Source: Octopus sinensis (Eukaryota). From it: DNA of 64,000 nt. The stretch lies in NCBI RefSeq assembly GCF_006345805.1, contig NW_021833015.1:1-64000 (forward strand). Direction: 5' to 3'. A model generated the notes under the pieces. The model did no database searches. It saw only the letters and a program-made list of their open reading frames with translations, and had not been told where the DNA came from. Shown piece by piece: positions 60,770-64,000 of the stretch (position 1 is the stretch's first letter; the number at the start of each line of letters is the position of its first letter). The translations under genes and the position numbers were made by a program.

Positions 60770-61421
60770 TGCTGGCAGAATCGTTAGCACGCCGGGCAAA
60801 CTGCTTAGGGGTATTTCGTCTGCCACTGCGTTCTGAGTTCAAATTCCGCCGTGGTCGACTTTGCCTTTCATCCTTTCGGTGTCGATAAATTAAGTACCAG
60901 TTGTGCACTGGGGTCGATATAATCGACTTAATACCTATGTCTGTCCTTGTTTGTCCCCTCTATGTTTAGCCCCTTGCGTGTAATAAAGAGATACGTATAG
61001 GATTGTGGCGAGCTGGCAGAATCGTTAGCACGCCGGGCGAACTGCTTAAGGGTATTTCGTCCACCACTGCGTTCTGAGTTCAAATTCCGCCATGGTCGAC
61101 TTTGCCTTTCATCCTTTCGGGGTTCGATAAATTAAGTACCAGTTGTGCACTGGGGTCGATATAATCGACTTAATACCTATGTCTGTCCTTGTTTGTCCCC
61201 TCTATGTTTAGCGCCTTGTGGGTAATAAAGAAATAGGTATTTCGTCCGCCACTGCGTTGTGAGTTCAAATTCCGCCAAGGTCGACTTTGCCTTTCATCCT
61301 TTCGGGGTTGATAAATTAAGTACCAGCTGTGCACTGGGGTCGATATAATCGACTTAATACCTATGTCTGTCCTTGTTTGTCCCCTCTGTGTTTAGCCCCT
61401 TGTGGGTAGTAAAGAAATAGG
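60770..61421 (+). mobile_element. Deu/Nin-like SINE monomer followed by a dimer; other dimers at about 5440-5850(-), 8110-8460(+) and 47060-47455(-)
   Basis: Heads at about 60770 and 61005; tails at about 60990, 61238 and 61421. Confidence 0.85.
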
Positions 61422-61434
61422 TATGCTGTGACTG

Positions 61435-62354
61435 AGAAGACCTGGCAAATAAAGTGAGTCCTCAACTGTAACCTACACCAGTGTCGCATAACCAGCCCAC
61501 TCAAAAGTACCTTGGATCATAGGGTGACATGCCATGCTTGAGGAGACGTTTTGAGTCAAGTACATCAACATCAAATGAAATAGAAATTGTAGCTGAGACC
61601 CCCATACCGGTAGCATGCAAAAAGCACCATCTGATTGTGGTTGATGCCAGCTCCTCTGGCCTGTGCCGGTGGCACATAAAAAACACCATCTGATTGTGGT
61701 CGATGCCAGCTCCTCTGGCCCGTGCCGGTGGCACGTAAAAAGCACCATCTGATTGTGGTCGAGCCAGCACCTCTGGCCCATGCCGGTGGCACATAAAAAG
61801 CACCATCTGATTGCGGCCGATGCCAGCTCCTCTGGCCCCTGTGCCAGTGGCACATAAAAAGCACCATCTGATTGTGGCCGATGCCAGCTCCTCTGGCCCC
61901 TGTGCCGGTGGCGCATAAAAAGCACCATCTGATTGTGGCCGATGCCAGCTCCTCTGGCCCCTGTGCTAGTGGCACGTAAAAAGCACCATCTGATTGTGGT
62001 CGATGCCAGCTCCTCTGGCCCCTGTGCCAGTGGCACATAAAAAGCACCATCTGATTGTGGTCGATGCCAGCTCCTGTGGCACATAAAAAGCACCATCTGA
62101 TTGTGGTCGATGCCAGCTCCTGTGGCACATAAAAAGCACCATCTGATTGTGGCCGATGCCAGCTCCTCTGACCCCTGTGCCAGTGGCATGTAAAAAGCAC
62201 GTACTACACTCTCGGAGTGGTTGACGTTAGGAAGGGCATCCAGCTGTAGAAACACTGCCAGATCAGATTGGGGCCTGGTGGTGCAGCCTCCTGACTTCCC
62301 AGATCCCCAGTCGAACCGTCCAACCCATGCCAGCATGGAAAACGGACATTAAAC

Positions 62355-62386
<32 letters not shown>

Positions 62387-62410
62387 GATGATGATGATGA
62401 TGATGATGAC
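61435..62410 (+). mobile_element. ATG-tailed SINE-like element with an internal ~60-bp minisatellite (about 10 units, 61615-62200)
   Basis: Unit AAAAAGCACCATCTGATTGTGGCCGATGCCAGCTCCTCTGGCCCCTGTGCCAGTGGCACAT, with two 46-bp short units. Long (GAT)n tail. Confidence 0.85.
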
Positions 62411-63414
62411 AAACTAACCTGAATGCTGAAGGAGTAAATCATAACCAAGACATAATATCTACATGAATTAAAAAGTGGCTGAGTATTCCAGACATATTTA
62501 TTAATTAATGTGCAATTCAGATAGGGTCAGTGTATCAACATTGTGTGACAAAACTGGCCCATAAAGTCCACAGTATGATCCTCTCTCTGTCATACCTAAA
62601 GATATATGTATTCACACCCATATGTGGGCCACAAACAATTTCATTTCTGCTCAAACTAATTAACTCTTTTGTGACTTTTTTTCCTCTTTTTTTTAACGAG
62701 CAGACGACTTGTATACTCTTTTACTCTTTTACTTGTTTCAGTCATTTGACTGCGGCCATGCTGGAGCACCGCCTTTAATCGAGCATCTGGACCCAGGACT
62801 TATTCTTTGTAAGCCTAGTACTTATTCTATTGGTCTCTTTTACTTGTTTCAGTCATTTGACTGCGGCCATGCTGGAGCACCGCCTTTAATCGAGCATCTG
62901 GACCCAGGACTTATTCTATTGTAAGCCCAGTACTTATTCTATCGGTCTCTTTTTGCCGAACCGCTAAGTAACGGGGACATAAACACACCAGCATCGGTTG
63001 TCAAGCAATGCTAGGGGGACAAACACAGACACATGAACACACGTACACACACATATATACATATATATACATATATACGACGGGCTTCTTTCAGTTTCCG
63101 TCTACCAAATCCACTCACAAGTCTTTGGTCGGCCCGAGGCTATAGTAGAAGACACTTGCCCAAGGTGCCACGCAGTGGGACTGAACCCGGAACCATGTGG
63201 TTGGTTAGCAAGCTACTTACAACACAGCCACTCCTGCACCTAGTATGTTTTAATTAATTTTCTACATGATCGAGATTTTGGAAGAGGTGATTGATAAAAT
63301 ATCTGTAAGGGACGCCAACACTAAATACAACACAGAGACAAACATCTACACAATTTATGAAGGGGATACACATACACACACATTTGACTGTATAATAGTT
63401 CTATGTTTTGTGCA

Positions 63415-63449
<35 letters not shown>

Positions 63450-64000
63450 AAAGAGGTAGACAACAGAGAGGTAGCAAAGAGAGAGAGAGGGGGAAACAGT
63501 GAGAGAAAGAGGTAGGAAACAGAGAGAGGGGTAGGAAAGAGAGAGAGAGGGAAAGAGAAAGAGGTAGAAAAGCAAGAGAGAGAGAGGGAAACAGAGAGAG
63601 AAAGAGGTAGAAAAGCAAGAGAGATAGGTAGGAAAGAGAGAGAGAGGGAAACAGAGAGAGAAAGAGGTAGAAAAGCAAGAGAGATAGGTAGGAAAGAGAG
63701 AGAGAGGGAAAGAGAAAGAGGTAGGAAACAGAGAGAGAGGTGAAAGCAAAAGGAGAAAAAGGGAGGTTCAGGACAAGAGGAGAGGTGAGAGGTGTAATAA
63801 AGGTAATGTGTAAGGAAAGAGAGGGAGAAAATGGAGACAGAAATGACCAAGAAAGAAAGAGACCAAAGTAGAAAAGAAGAGAGACATGAAAGGTGAGAGT
63901 AAGAGAGAGAGAGAGACACAATATTCGAGAGACAAAGAGAAAGAGAGGTAGACATAGGGAAAAAGAGAAAATCGGACCAAAATTAAAATTTGTGTTGGGG

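Noticed and set aside
2185-63240. Apparent excess of OK-like SINEs on the minus (gene-sense) strand, roughly 16 versus 6 by eye
   Set aside because: Small, hand-counted sample, and the ATG-tailed family shows no such bias; cannot be supported without proper annotation.
59100-64000. Search for the first zinc-finger exon (CKVCGDKSSG...CEGCK)
   Set aside because: No such minus-strand frame was found; the exon presumably lies beyond the window end.

Overview
Repeat-saturated, AT-rich animal genomic DNA. The SINE families resemble those I recall from Octopus; this is inference, not a database match. The only host coding sequence I can support is two minus-strand exons of an HR3/ROR-type (NR1F) nuclear receptor. 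These are the second zinc-finger exon (59099-58958) and the T/A-box plus hinge exon (31141-30976), joined by a 27.8-kb phase-1 GT-AG intron. The first zinc-finger exon and the ligand-binding-domain exons were not found and presumably lie outside the window, so almost all 64 kb appears intronic. The introns are filled with microsatellites, at least four SINE-like families, CR1 and RTE LINE 3' fragments, hAT- and piggyBac-like MITEs and Helitron-like elements. The most notable findings are: (i) three short Penelope-like repeat families, each carrying a minimal type I hammerhead ribozyme fold, two of them with family-wide non-canonical catalytic cores (U4C and A6U); (ii) an 8-copy head-to-tail Helitron array with exact CTAG|TC junctions; (iii) SINE multimers that reuse one fold-back junction at six or more loci; (iv) several minisatellites grown from transposon ends; and (v) a TATA/Inr-like candidate internal promoter that could give a DNA-binding-domain-less receptor isoform. 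Nearly all ORFs in the supplied track are microsatellite or repeat artefacts. There is no CRISPR array, rRNA or credible tRNA gene.
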